A DNA stretch of 64,000 bases from Deltaproteobacteria bacterium (GTDB taxonomy: Bacteria > Myxococcota_A > UBA9160 > SZUA-336), in contig JANNLG010000171.1 of NCBI GenBank assembly GCA_031396695.1, positions 6,053 through 70,052 of the forward strand. Reading direction: 5' to 3'. The notes under the pieces are model-generated. The model was not told the origin of the DNA, ran no database searches, and saw nothing but the letters and a program-made list of their open reading frames with translations. Made by a program: the position numbers and the translations under genes. Positions 39,347-51,245 of the stretch are shown here, piece after piece (position 1 is the first letter of the stretch; every line of letters begins with the position of its first letter).

Positions 39347-40591
39347 TTGGAACGCGCGATGGGTCTCGTCGGGGTCGTCTGCCTGCTCGCGATTGCGTTC
39401 GCGCTGTCGACCAATCGCAAAGCGGTGCAGTGGCGGCCGATCGGCGTCGCGCTCCTGATCCAGCTCGCGATCGCGCTGGCGGTGCTGCGCACGCCGTTCG
39501 GAGCGAGCTTCTTCGCGCTGGTCAACGACGGCGCGGCGGCGTTCATCGGCGCGGCCAACGTCGGCATCGATTTCGTGTTCGGCGCCTGGCCCGAGACCGT
39601 GCTCGGCCCCGACGGACAGGCGCTGCGGCTGCCCTACGTGTTCGCGATCCGCGTGCTGCCGATCCTCGTGTTCATGAGCAGCGTGTTCGCGGTGCTGCAG
39701 CACTTCGGAATCTTGCAGCGCGTGGTCGAAGTACTCGCGCGCGGACTGCGCCGCACGCTGCGCACCAGCGGCGCGGAGTCGCTCGCGGCGATCGCGGAGG
39801 TCTTTCTCGGCATGACCGAGGCGCCGCTGATGATCCGGCCCTACGTGGCCGGGCTCACGCGCAGCGAGCTGTTCTGCGTGATGACGGCCGGGCTTGCGAC
39901 CGTCGCGGGCACCGTGCTGGTCGCGTACATGGGCATGATCGGGCCCGAGTACGCGGGCCATCTGGTGGCCGCGAGCTTCATGGCCGCACCGGCCGCGATT
40001 GCGATCGCGAAACTGATGGTGCCCGAGGAAGGGGTGCCGCAGACGCGCGCGCTCGCGCACGTCGCGCTGCCGCGCACCACCGTGAACGCGATCGACGCGG
40101 CGGCGAGCGGCGCCGCCGACGGCGTGCGACTCGCGCTCAACATCGGCGGCATGCTGGTCGCGTTCGTGGCGCTCGTGCACGTGGCCAACGCGCTGCTCGG
40201 CTGGGCGGGCGGGCTGGTCGGCGTTTCGGAGCTCTCGTTCGAGCGCATCCTCGGCACGTTGCTCGCACCGCTCGCCTTCGTGCTGGGCGTGCCCTGGCAT
40301 GACGCCGCCAAGATCGGCGAGCTGTTGGGCGTGAAGACGGTCCTGAACGAATTCATCGCGTACCAGCTGCTGGCCGAGGCGAAGCCCGGGCTCGACCCTC
40401 GCTCGATCGTGAGCGCGAGCTACGCCCTGTGCGGCTTCGCGAACTTGGGCTCGCTCGCGATCCAGATCGGCGGGCTCGGCGGCATCGCGCCCGAGCGCCG
40501 CGGCGACGTGGCGCGCGACGCCATGCGCGCGCTGGTCGCGGGTTCGCTCGCGAGCTTCATGACCGCGGCGATCGCGGGCATGGTCTACTGA
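39347..40591 (+). CDS. NupC/NupG-family concentrative nucleoside transporter
   Basis: 414 aa. Multi-TM protein with CNT-family conserved segments. Confidence 0.8.
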   Translation: MERAMGLVGVVCLLAIAFALSTNRKAVQWRPIGVALLIQLAIALAVLRTPFGASFFALVNDGAAAFIGAANVGIDFVFGAWPETVLGPDGQALRLPYVFAIRVLPILVFMSSVFAVLQHFGILQRVVEVLARGLRRTLRTSGAESLAAIAEVFLGMTEAPLMIRPYVAGLTRSELFCVMTAGLATVAGTVLVAYMGMIGPEYAGHLVAASFMAAPAAIAIAKLMVPEEGVPQTRALAHVALPRTTVNAIDAAASGAADGVRLALNIGGMLVAFVALVHVANALLGWAGGLVGVSELSFERILGTLLAPLAFVLGVPWHDAAKIGELLGVKTVLNEFIAYQLLAEAKPGLDPRSIVSASYALCGFANLGSLAIQIGGLGGIAPERRGDVARDAMRALVAGSLASFMTAAIAGMVY

Positions 40592-41478
40592 GGCGTCGGC
40601 GGCGCGGGCTCGGACGCGACCGGCAGGAAGAGCGACACCCTCGCACCGCCGTCCGGGTTGTTCGCCCGCCGCAGCGATCCGCCGCTCGCGCGCGCGATAC
40701 GCTCCGCGGTGTAGAGGCCGAGGCCGAGCGACCCGCGCTTGCTGCTCTCGAACACCTCGATCGGCTGGCCGAGCTGGGTCTGCGTGAAGCCAGGGCCGTC
40801 GTCGCTGATCTCCACCGCAACGACGTCGACCTCTTCGCTGATGCCGACGCGCACGTCGACCCGCCTCGCGCGTGTCAGACCATCTCCCGCGCAGCCGTTC
40901 TCGAGCACCGCGACGAGCGCGCGATCCAGGCCCGTCCGTCCGGCGGAAACGGCCACGCGCGCCACGACGACGTCGCTCGGGGGCGCGTGCACGACCAACG
41001 TCGTGCGCTTGTGACGCCTGCGGACGTGCGTCGCGCTCGCCTGCAAGACCTCGAGCAGGTCGACCGGCTTGATCAGCGGCGAGCGCGGAGGCGTCGTCGT
41101 CTCCGGGCGCCGGCCGCTGTCGATCACGGCCTTCAGCTGACGGAGCGCGTCGACCATGCCGTTCGCCGCCGCTCCGAGATCCGCGAGCGCCGCCGGCGAC
41201 GCGTCGAGCACGCGGCTCGAGTCGATGAAGAGCTGAGTGGAAAGGAGAGCCGTCGAGAGCACGTTGTTCACGTCGTGCGCGCGCTTGCGCAGATCGCGCA
41301 CCGTGGCCTCGAGGCTCTCGTCGCCGCGGATGCGGTTCTCCCAGACACAGGCTTCGAGCGCCGCGCGCAGCGCTTCCAGCTTCTCGCGCTCGCGCAGCGC
41401 CCGGAAGCGAAGCCAGAGCGCGAGTGCGGCCAGCGCCGCGAGCAACGCGAGTCCGCCGAACAGGGGAAGAACCTGCAA
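40585..41478 (-). CDS. Membrane-anchored sensor histidine kinase
   Basis: N-terminal TM segment. H-box (RKRAHDVNNVLS). HATPase motifs (DDGPGF, GLGL). Confidence 0.7.
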   Translation of the reverse strand: MQVLPLFGGLALLAALAALALWLRFRALREREKLEALRAALEACVWENRIRGDESLEATVRDLRKRAHDVNNVLSTALLSTQLFIDSSRVLDASPAALADLGAAANGMVDALRQLKAVIDSGRRPETTTPPRSPLIKPVDLLEVLQASATHVRRRHKRTTLVVHAPPSDVVVARVAVSAGRTGLDRALVAVLENGCAGDGLTRARRVDVRVGISEEVDVVAVEISDDGPGFTQTQLGQPIEVFESSKRGSLGLGLYTAERIARASGGSLRRANNPDGGARVSLFLPVASEPAPPTPQ

Positions 41479-41482
41479 CGCC

Positions 41483-42073
41483 TCAGTTGCGCCCGCGGCG
41501 CTCTCCCCGGGCTTGCGCGAGCTCGATCAAGCGGACCGCCTGCTGCACCGCCTGCCGGCTCACACCGAGAATCCGCGCCGCGCCGCTGCGGCTGCCGTGT
41601 TTGCGGGCGAGCGCCTCGTCGACCATCACGCCGCGCACCTCGTCGAGCACCTGACGCATCGGTGTGTTGCCGACGTGCGCGGCGACCAACGGCCCGAGAT
41701 CCGGGCGATCGGCCAGCGCCTCGTCGACGGAGCGGGTGAGGTCCTCGAGCGAAATCGGCTTGGGCAGGTAGCGGCGCGCGCCCAGCCGCGCGAGCTCGAA
41801 CGCTTCTTCCGCGGAGGCCTGTCCGCTCATCGCGATCACGGCGGGCGCGGGGCGTTGCTTCACGGCGTGCTCGACGATCGGCCGCGCGGTCCCGTCCGGG
41901 AGCGCCACGTCCACGATTACCAGATCGGGGCTCTGCGCGAGGCACTCGAAGGCCTCGCGGACCGAGCCGGCTTCGAGCACTTCCGCGCCCCAAGCCCGCG
42001 CGGCGCGCGCGAGCGCCTGCCGTAGCGGCTTGTGGTCTTCGACGATCAGAACCCGACTCGGTTGGCTCTCCAT
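41483..42073 (-). CDS. Response regulator with Fis-type HTH
   Basis: ATG at 42073 (MESQPSRVLIVEDHKP). REC domain and C-terminal HTH (AARILGVSRQAVQ). Confidence 0.75.
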   Translation of the reverse strand: MESQPSRVLIVEDHKPLRQALARAARAWGAEVLEAGSVREAFECLAQSPDLVIVDVALPDGTARPIVEHAVKQRPAPAVIAMSGQASAEEAFELARLGARRYLPKPISLEDLTRSVDEALADRPDLGPLVAAHVGNTPMRQVLDEVRGVMVDEALARKHGSRSGAARILGVSRQAVQQAVRLIELAQARGERRGRN

Positions 42074-42307
42074 CGCGCTTCCGCTACTCCCGCGGCCACC
42101 GTACCACGCCTGAAGGATTCCGAGGCCCTGCAAGCACTCTTGCATTACGCGATTCGCGCCGACGCGCCATGATCACGCCAAGCGAGAAAGATCCCTTCCC
42201 TCTCGCAAATGAGCCTATGGCGGGCTAGCCCGCCGCGAGCGGCTCTTCGGGGGCGGCAGTGGCCCGAACGGCGCTACCGCCCCCGAGTCTCGTCCGGGCA
42301 TCGACGC

Positions 42308-44143
42308 TCAGGACATCAGCTCCGCGGTACCCGGCTGAGCCTCCGCGTAGCGGCGGTGCGTTGCGGTGTAGGTCTCGCGCCAGAAGGCGTCGATCTCGGC
42401 CGCGGACGGAAACGCCGCCGAGAAGCCGGGCTGCACCGGATCGAGCGCGAGCTCCGAGGCGCGGATGAAGTGCGCGAGCAGCGTGCGCGGGTCCTCGTCG
42501 CCGACCGCGATCCGGATCGTGGTGGGAGAGATGCCGGCGGCCGCGAGCGCATCCGCGGCGAGCTCCGAGTGGCTGGTGAGCGCCGGGCACAGCACCACCG
42601 TGTTGGTCTGACCCAGGCTCACCTGCAGCCCGAACGCCGGCTCGAGGCAGTCGAAGAAGCGCTTGAACGCCTCGATCCCGATCGGCGCCGCGCCGCCCGC
42701 CTCGCCCTCGAAGTCGATCGTGAACAGCGGCGCGGGCAGCCCCAGGTACAAGAGCCGCTCGCGCAGCGGGCCGTTCTCGTCGCCCGGCACGGCGTTGCAG
42801 CGCACGCGGATGCCCGGGTGGCGCGCGAGCACCTGCGCGAGCACGAGCGTCGCGATGCATTTCTGCAGCATGCGCAGCTCGAGCGTGCGCATGCCGTTGA
42901 TCACTTCGAAGGCCTTGTCCGCGTCTAGGAACGCGCCCTTCACGTAGTAGACGTTCCAGAACAGCGTGTCGCTCCAGTCGAACACGCGCAGCTTGCCGTC
43001 GGGGCCGGGCAACTCGAGCGACGAGCCCTTGGGAATGAACATGCGCTCGTTGCGCGCGATCGCGACGCCCGCCGTGGTGGTGCCAGTGCCCACCAGATCC
43101 TTCGTGTAGGAGTGGATCACGAAGTCGGGCCGTTCGCGTGGATCGTCGCGCCGCAGCACCGGATGCAGAAACGGCGTGCCGACCGTCGCGTCGCAAATCA
43201 CCTCGATGCCCGCGGCGTGCGCGACGCGACTTATGCCCGGCACGTCGAGCACGTAGCCGTGCGGGTTGCAGGGCGACTCCAGGTACACGTAGATGCGTCG
43301 GCCCTGCGCGATGCGGTCGCCGAACTCGTCCTGCACCGCGGCGAGCGCGGCGTCGAAGTCGGCCACGCCGGTGCCGTCGAAGAAGCGCACCGCGATGTCG
43401 AGGTTGCTGCGCTTGCCGTACCAGTCGTGCAGGAGCTGGTGCGCGCCCCCGTAGACGTTGCGGCTGGCCAACACGATGTCGCGGTAGCCGACCAGGTGCG
43501 CGAGCACGGCATCGATCGCGGCCATGCCGGAATTGAAGTTCCAGGCGAAGTACTCACCCGCGAGCGGTCCGCACTCGACGTCGACCACGTGGTTCGCCAG
43601 GCAGGTCGAGGTCGGGTTCATCAGCCGCGAATAGATCTCGTGCAGCAGCTCCTTGCCCTGGAAGGCGTCGTCGATCCACTCGGTGCAGGCGTACAGGTAG
43701 GTCGCGGTGCGCGTGATCACGGGCGTGGAGCTGAAGATCGCCGTCACGTTGTCGAAGATCGGGTAAGGCCCGCGCGCGGGACCGGCCGAGTGCTCGACCG
43801 CCAGCGACTGCCAGGTCTTGCGCATCGGGTTCTGCAGCGTGTCGAGCACCTTGGCGAGCTGGAAACACAGGAAGCGCTTGGCGTTGAAGAAGGCGATGCG
43901 ATCGCGCCGGTCGAGCCGCGCGAGCTGGCGCACCGTCTCTTCCCAGAGCCCGTGCATGGCCTGGTTCGCGCGGTAGACGTGGGTCGCGACTTCCGCGAGC
44001 TCACGCCCGAGCGGGCTCGCGGGGTCGAGCGAGAAGTGGCGCAGCTGCTCGTCGACCAGCGCCTCGACGCTGTTCGCGCGCGTGGTCTTGCGCAGCGGGC
44101 TCAGCTCGCGCGCGTGCTGCCGTTCGGAATCGAATCCGCTCAT
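42308..44143 (-). CDS. Cys/Met-metabolism PLP-dependent enzyme family protein (cystathionine gamma-synthase/lyase-like) with ~170-aa N-terminal extension
   Basis: PLP-lysine motif SYTKDLVGTG. NPT and SGMAA motifs. ATG at 44143 preceded by a G-rich SD. The upstream two thirds of ORF 42308..46276 is antisense junk. Confidence 0.65.
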   Translation of the reverse strand: MSGFDSERQHARELSPLRKTTRANSVEALVDEQLRHFSLDPASPLGRELAEVATHVYRANQAMHGLWEETVRQLARLDRRDRIAFFNAKRFLCFQLAKVLDTLQNPMRKTWQSLAVEHSAGPARGPYPIFDNVTAIFSSTPVITRTATYLYACTEWIDDAFQGKELLHEIYSRLMNPTSTCLANHVVDVECGPLAGEYFAWNFNSGMAAIDAVLAHLVGYRDIVLASRNVYGGAHQLLHDWYGKRSNLDIAVRFFDGTGVADFDAALAAVQDEFGDRIAQGRRIYVYLESPCNPHGYVLDVPGISRVAHAAGIEVICDATVGTPFLHPVLRRDDPRERPDFVIHSYTKDLVGTGTTTAGVAIARNERMFIPKGSSLELPGPDGKLRVFDWSDTLFWNVYYVKGAFLDADKAFEVINGMRTLELRMLQKCIATLVLAQVLARHPGIRVRCNAVPGDENGPLRERLLYLGLPAPLFTIDFEGEAGGAAPIGIEAFKRFFDCLEPAFGLQVSLGQTNTVVLCPALTSHSELAADALAAAGISPTTIRIAVGDEDPRTLLAHFIRASELALDPVQPGFSAAFPSAAEIDAFWRETYTATHRRYAEAQPGTAELMS

Positions 44144-45057
44144 CGCTCCCCCCCGGCGGCCGAGTCTACCGACGCCTCGAGCAGCGCGCACACGGCGGCG
44201 TTGAGCGGTGTCGCAATTCCGTGTCGTGCGCCGATCCGGACGACCGCGCCGTTGCGCGCATCGCCCTCCAGGCGCCGGCCGGCGCGGCGATCGTAGAGCA
44301 TCGACGTGCCCGCCTTGCCCGGCACCGCGAGCAGACGCGCGACCAGCGCGTCGGGAAGCGCGTCGTCGAGCGTCGCGCCCTCCGCGCGGCCCACCGTCAG
44401 GCACTCCGCGATCAGTCCGCGCGCGAGCGCAGCCATCCCCGGCGCGTGCAACACCTCGTGCGGCCGGCCGGTCAGCGCGAGCAGCGGCCCGCTCGCGACG
44501 TTCAGGCACAGCTTGCGCCACGCGGCGCTGTTGAAGTCCGCGGTTACCTCGACCGCCACGCTCGTACCGGCGAACAGCGCGGCGAAGGCCTCGCCGGGTC
44601 GGCCGACCGGCACGCTCAAGCGCGCGGGCCCGCGCTGCGTGACGCGACCCGGCGCGCTGCGCTCCGCCGGACACTCGACCACCACGGGCAGGATCTCCGC
44701 CTCGCCCGCGTACGCCTGCACGCGCTCGCGGTGCTCGACGCCGTTCTGCAGCACCGCGAGCGTCGCGCCGGCGCGGCACAATGCGCGCAGCCAAGGCGCG
44801 GCGCCGGGCACGTCGTAGGCTTTGGTCGCGAGCAGGATCCAGTCCACGGGCGCGAAGCGCGCATTGGTGGCCGCGAAGCGCGTGGGATCGCGCTCGCAGT
44901 GAACGGGCAAGTCGAAGCGGCCGGCCGGGCTCTCGAGCACGAGCGACGCGAACGTCTCGCGCACGCACAGCACCAGCTCGTGCGCGCCGGACGCGGCGAG
45001 CGGCGCCGCCACCGCGCCCCCGATCGCACCGACTCCGATGACCGCGATCCGCGCCAC
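44140..45057 (-). CDS. panE: 2-dehydropantoate 2-reductase
   Basis: N-terminal Rossmann motif (IAVIGVGAIGG) and ApbA/PanE C-terminal domain. ATGA overlap with the downstream gene. Confidence 0.8.
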   Translation of the reverse strand: MARIAVIGVGAIGGAVAAPLAASGAHELVLCVRETFASLVLESPAGRFDLPVHCERDPTRFAATNARFAPVDWILLATKAYDVPGAAPWLRALCRAGATLAVLQNGVEHRERVQAYAGEAEILPVVVECPAERSAPGRVTQRGPARLSVPVGRPGEAFAALFAGTSVAVEVTADFNSAAWRKLCLNVASGPLLALTGRPHEVLHAPGMAALARGLIAECLTVGRAEGATLDDALPDALVARLLAVPGKAGTSMLYDRRAGRRLEGDARNGAVVRIGARHGIATPLNAAVCALLEASVDSAAGGER

Positions 45058-45066
45058 GCGCGCGCC

Positions 45067-45636
45067 TCAGCTTCGCGGCACGAGATCGAGATCCGCCTCG
45101 ATCTCGGCGCGCTTCGCGTCGCGCCAGGCGCGGAACTCGGGCCCGTCCCAGGCGCGCTGGTCGCCGAGCAGGTAGCTGCGCGCGTTGCGCTCGTACAGCC
45201 AGGCGTTCAAGCGGTTCTCGCGCGACGAGTCGCGCTCCGCGATCACCTTGGCGGGAATGCCCACGAGCACCACCCCGGGCGGAAACTCCTTGCCCTCGGG
45301 CACCAGTGCACCGCCGCCCACGATCGAGCCCTTCCCGATCACCGCGCCGTCCATGATCGTCGCACCGATCCCGATCAAGCAGTGGTCGCCGATGGTCGCG
45401 CCGTGGATGGTCGCGCGGTGCGTGATCGAGCAGAACTCGCCGATCCGCGTCGGCGCCTCGTAGCCCACGTGGATCATCGCGAAGTCCTGCAGGTTGGTGT
45501 ACCGGCCGATGCGCACCTCCTGCGCCTCCGCGCGGATCACCGCGTGCGGCCATAGCGATGCGTGCTCGGCGATCGTCACCCGGCCGTAGATCTGCACGCC
45601 CGGGGCGCGGAAGACGCTCTCGTGGATCGACTGCAT
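45067..45636 (-). CDS. Gamma-class carbonic anhydrase family protein (hexapeptide repeat)
   Basis: ATG at 45636 (MQSIHESVF). Left-handed beta-helix repeats and conserved His ligands. Confidence 0.8.
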   Translation of the reverse strand: MQSIHESVFRAPGVQIYGRVTIAEHASLWPHAVIRAEAQEVRIGRYTNLQDFAMIHVGYEAPTRIGEFCSITHRATIHGATIGDHCLIGIGATIMDGAVIGKGSIVGGGALVPEGKEFPPGVVLVGIPAKVIAERDSSRENRLNAWLYERNARSYLLGDQRAWDGPEFRAWRDAKRAEIEADLDLVPRS

Positions 45637-45704
45637 GGTCGCTCTCCCCCCGGGTGGGTCTAGCCTTGGCGAGGACGGCCGGCCAGCGATACGATGCCGG
45701 GCCC

Positions 45705-46733
45705 ATGGCTGGAAACGTCGAGAAGGGTCGGAAGGTCGCGATCGTCGGTGCAACCGGTGCGGTCGGCGAGGTCTTGTTGCGCGTGCTCGAGGCGCGGAAC
45801 TTTCCGGTGGCCGAGCTGCGGCCGCTGGCGAGCGAGCGCTCGATCGGTACGACCATCCGCTTCCGCGGCGAGCAGATCCCGGTCGGGCTCGCGCAGCCCG
45901 ACGCCTTCGACGGGCTCGATTTCGTGTTCTTCGCCGCGACCGGCGCGCTCTCGAAGACGCTCGGCCCCGAAGTGGCGAAGCGCGGCGCGATCGCGATCGA
46001 CAAGTCGAGCACCTGGCGCATGGACCCGGACGTGCCGCTGGTCGTGCCCGAGATCAACGGCGCCGCAGTCGAGCAGCACAAGGGCATCATCGCCTGCCCG
46101 AACTGCACCACCATCCCGTTCGTGATGGCGCTCGAGCCGCTGCGCCGGCTGTCGCCGCTTCGCCGCGCGGTGATCACGACGTTCCAGTCCGTTTCGGGCG
46201 CGGGTCTGCCCGGGATCGAGGAGCTCGAGTCGCAGCTGAACGCGCTGCACGACCACAAGCCCCTGCCTGAGCCCAAGAACTTCGCGCGTCAGATTGCGAA
46301 CAATGTGGTGTCGCTGTGCGGCTCGTTCGGCGACGACGGCTACACGGACGAGGAAGCGAAGCTGCTCCACGAGTCGCGCAAGATCCTGGAAGACAAGAGC
46401 TTCGAGGTCGCGATGACTTGCGTGCGCGTGCCGGTGCCGGTCGGGCACTCGGCTTCGGTGCTGCTCGAGACGGCCTCGCCGATCTCGCCAGACGCCGCGC
46501 GCCGTGCGCTCGAGGCGTTCCCCGGCATCGTCGTGATGGACGATCCCAAGCACAACATCGTTCCGACGCCGGCCGACGCCGCGGGCCGCGACGAGGTCTT
46601 CGTCGGGCGCATCCGCAAGGACCTGACGAGCGATCGACTCTGGCTCTGGACGGTCGGCGACAACCTGCGCAAGGGCGCGGCCACCAACGCGGTGCAGATC
46701 GCCGAAGAGCTGATGCGCCGGGGACTTCGCTGA
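45705..46733 (+). CDS. asd: Aspartate-semialdehyde dehydrogenase
   Basis: ATG at 45705. NAD-binding N-terminus (VAIVGATGAVG). Active-site Cys (IIACPNCTT). Confidence 0.9.
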   Translation: MAGNVEKGRKVAIVGATGAVGEVLLRVLEARNFPVAELRPLASERSIGTTIRFRGEQIPVGLAQPDAFDGLDFVFFAATGALSKTLGPEVAKRGAIAIDKSSTWRMDPDVPLVVPEINGAAVEQHKGIIACPNCTTIPFVMALEPLRRLSPLRRAVITTFQSVSGAGLPGIEELESQLNALHDHKPLPEPKNFARQIANNVVSLCGSFGDDGYTDEEAKLLHESRKILEDKSFEVAMTCVRVPVPVGHSASVLLETASPISPDAARRALEAFPGIVVMDDPKHNIVPTPADAAGRDEVFVGRIRKDLTSDRLWLWTVGDNLRKGAATNAVQIAEELMRRGLR

Positions 46734-46746
46734 GCGAGGCGCGCCC

Positions 46747-48687
<1,941 letters not shown>

Positions 48688-48709
48688 CCACGAGCTGCGA
48701 GTATACGAC

Positions 48710-49813
48710 TCAGGCCGCCGCGGGCGTCTCCGGTAGCGGACCGACGTAGCGCGAGCCGGGCCGGATGATGCGCGAGCTCTGGCGCTGCTCGTCGATGTGC
48801 GCGAGCCAGCCCGCCACGCGCGCGACCGCGAAGGTCGGCGAGAACAGCTCCTGCGGCAGACCGATCGCGTCGAGCAGCACGGCCGTGTAGAACTCGACGT
48901 TCGCGGCCATGCGGCGCTCGGGGCGGCGCTCGCCGAGCGACGCGACGGCGACGCGCTCGACCGCGCGCGCGAGATCGAGCCGATCGCTGCGCAGGCCCGT
49001 CTCGCGCAGGCGCTCGACGGCGCGCTCGAGCACTGCCGCCCGCGGATCGCGCACGCGGTACACGCGGTGGCCCATGCCCATGATGCGCCGGCCCGAAGCC
49101 AGCTCGCCGGTGATCCAGCTCGAGGCGTTCTCGGGCGTGCCGATCGCGTCGAGCATCGCGAGCACCGGCCCGGGCGCGCCGCCGTGGCGCGGCCCCTTCA
49201 GCGCGCCGAGTGCAGCCACCACGGCCGACACCGTGTCGGAGTCGGTCGAAGCGACCACGCGCGCGGTGAACGTGGATGCGTTCATGCCGTGATCGGCGGC
49301 GGTGACCAGGTACGCGTCGAGCGCGCGGCTGCGCGCCGGATCGCTGCCGTGCGCGCTCGCCATGCGCAGGTAGTCGGCGGCGTGACCGAGCGCGGGATCG
49401 GGTGCGATCGGCGCCGAGCCGCGCTGTTTGCGCGCCCACGCCGCCGCGAAGACCGCGACCGAAGCCGTGAGCTCGGCACGCAGCTCGCACTCCGGAATCT
49501 CGCTCGCGCGCAGCTGCGCGAGCGCCCCGCGCACGGCCTCCATGCCGTCGGGCGCATCGAGCGCGCGGCCGAGCGAGCGCAGGCGCGCGAACGCGCGAAC
49601 GCGTGCTCGGCCCAACTCCTCACGCACGTCCTCGTGCGCAATCGGACCGGGCAGCTCGCCGCTCCAGAGCAGCGCGCAGGCCGCCTCGAAATCGGCTCGC
49701 TGCGCGAGCTGCTCCACGTCGTGCCCGCGCACCACCAGGCGGCCGCGCTCGCCGTCGACGTCGGAAAGGCAGGTCTCCGCCACCACCACGCCCTCGAGTC
49801 CATCCATCTGCAT
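48710..49813 (-). CDS. Citrate synthase family protein (archaeal-type small citrate synthase)
   Basis: ATG at 49813 (MQMDGLEG). Catalytic motifs ADHGMNASTFTARVVAST and GMGHRVYRVRDPR. Confidence 0.8.
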   Translation of the reverse strand: MQMDGLEGVVVAETCLSDVDGERGRLVVRGHDVEQLAQRADFEAACALLWSGELPGPIAHEDVREELGRARVRAFARLRSLGRALDAPDGMEAVRGALAQLRASEIPECELRAELTASVAVFAAAWARKQRGSAPIAPDPALGHAADYLRMASAHGSDPARSRALDAYLVTAADHGMNASTFTARVVASTDSDTVSAVVAALGALKGPRHGGAPGPVLAMLDAIGTPENASSWITGELASGRRIMGMGHRVYRVRDPRAAVLERAVERLRETGLRSDRLDLARAVERVAVASLGERRPERRMAANVEFYTAVLLDAIGLPQELFSPTFAVARVAGWLAHIDEQRQSSRIIRPGSRYVGPLPETPAAA

Positions 49814-49855
49814 CGCACTTCTCCTTGGACCTCTACCTTGCCGCTGATCCATTAC

Positions 49856-49881
49856 TTGATCAACGTTGATCGATCGATCAA
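49856..49881. promoter_or_regulatory. Palindromic operator-like element
   Basis: TTGATCAA-CG-TTGATCGATCGATCAA contains an 8-bp palindrome plus a 16-bp perfect palindrome. It lies in an AT-rich island between the two divergent citrate-synthase-family genes. Confidence 0.45.
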
Positions 49882-49891
49882 GATACGAGCC

Positions 49892-51133
49892 GTGAAGACG
49901 CGAACCGACGCAGCGCTCTGCGCGCGCGAGGCGGCCGAATTCCTGGGCGTGAAGCTCGCGACGCTCTACGCCTACGCGAGCCGCGGCCGCTTGAAGAGTG
50001 TGTCCGGGACGCGCGGCCGCGCGCGGCGCTACGCGCGCGCCGATCTCGAGGCACTGCGCGCGCGCAGCGCCGGACCCGCCGCGGGCGCGCTGCGCTTCGG
50101 CGAGCCGGTGCTCGAGACGCGCATCACCGACATGACTCCGCTCGGGCCGGTCTACCGCGACCGGCTCGCGAGCGAGCTCGCGAGCGCACGCGCTCCCTTC
50201 CCGTCGGTCGCGGAGCTGCTTTGGACCGGCGCCCTGCCCGCGCGCGCGCCGAGCTGGCCCGCCGGCGCGACGATCTGGCCGGCGCGCGAGCTCGCGAAGC
50301 TCGTGCCGCGCGGCAGCCCACCGCTCGGCGCGCTCGCGATCGCGCTGCCGGTGCTCGCGGCGAACGATGCCTCGCGCTTCGACGCGCGACCCGAGGCCGT
50401 GCTCGCGCGCGCGCGCGGCTTGCTGCCGCAGCTCGCGGCCTCGTACGCGCTCGCGCTCGATCCACGCCGGCTCGCACCCGCGCTCGAGGCCGGCGACCCG
50501 GCGCGCGCGCTCGCGATCGCGCTCGGCGCGCCGACCACGAAGCCCGCGCTCGAGCTCCTGAACGTCGCACTCGTGCTGCTCGCCGATCACGAGCTGAACT
50601 CGTCCACGTTCGCGGCGCGCGTGGCGGCCTCGACCGGCGCCGACCTGTACGCGTGTCTCGGCGCCGCGGTCGCCGCGCTCAGCGGACCGCTGCACGGCGG
50701 CGCGAGCGAGCAGGTCGAGATCCTCGCTCGCGAAGCTGCGAACGCCGCCGGCGCGGCCAGCGCCGTGCGCGATCGCATGCGCCGCGGCGAGCGCATTCCC
50801 GGATTCGGTCACTCGCTCTATCCGGATGGCGATCCGCGCGTGCCGCCGCTGCTCGAGGCCGCAAGACGGCTTGCCCCACGCGCGCCGCGCGTGAAGACGA
50901 TCGCGGCGATCCTCCACGCGATGGACGAGGCCGGCCGGCCCAAGCCCAACGTCGACGTGGCGCTCGCCTGCGCCTGCGCTGCGCTCGATCTGCCCCAAGG
51001 CCAGGGCCCGGCGATCTTCGCGATCGGCCGCGCGGCGGGCTGGGTTGCCCACATCCTGGAGCAGTACGAGGCCGGCTTCGTGCTGCGACCGCGCGCCCGT
51101 TGGGCGGGCCCCGCTGGTATGCTGCGCGCGTGA
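49892..51133 (+). CDS. Citrate synthase-family protein with N-terminal excisionase/MerR-type helix-turn-helix domain
   Basis: GTG at 49892. HTH segment (LCAREAAEFLGVKLATLYAYASRGRL). CS-like body (LADHELNSSTFAARVAAST, GFGHSLYPDGDPR). Confidence 0.65.
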   Translation: MKTRTDAALCAREAAEFLGVKLATLYAYASRGRLKSVSGTRGRARRYARADLEALRARSAGPAAGALRFGEPVLETRITDMTPLGPVYRDRLASELASARAPFPSVAELLWTGALPARAPSWPAGATIWPARELAKLVPRGSPPLGALAIALPVLAANDASRFDARPEAVLARARGLLPQLAASYALALDPRRLAPALEAGDPARALAIALGAPTTKPALELLNVALVLLADHELNSSTFAARVAASTGADLYACLGAAVAALSGPLHGGASEQVEILAREAANAAGAASAVRDRMRRGERIPGFGHSLYPDGDPRVPPLLEAARRLAPRAPRVKTIAAILHAMDEAGRPKPNVDVALACACAALDLPQGQGPAIFAIGRAAGWVAHILEQYEAGFVLRPRARWAGPAGMLRA

Positions 51134-51245
51134 GCGGCAAGCCCGAGGTCGATGAGCGGATCGGTCCGTCAGTGGTTCGAATGCGGTGCGGCGAGCTCGG
51201 ATCGAAAACCCGCGGCCTTTTGCCGTGACTACCCCGGAGGCGTGA

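Noticed and set aside
44144-46276. N-terminal two thirds of ORF 42308..46276
   Set aside because: Antisense to panE, the gamma carbonic anhydrase and asd. The real PLP-enzyme gene starts at 44143.
51165-51200. GGTTCGAAT T-loop-like motif in the intergenic region (possible tRNA)
   Set aside because: Flanking bases cannot form a T-stem or acceptor stem, and the spacer is only 113 nt.
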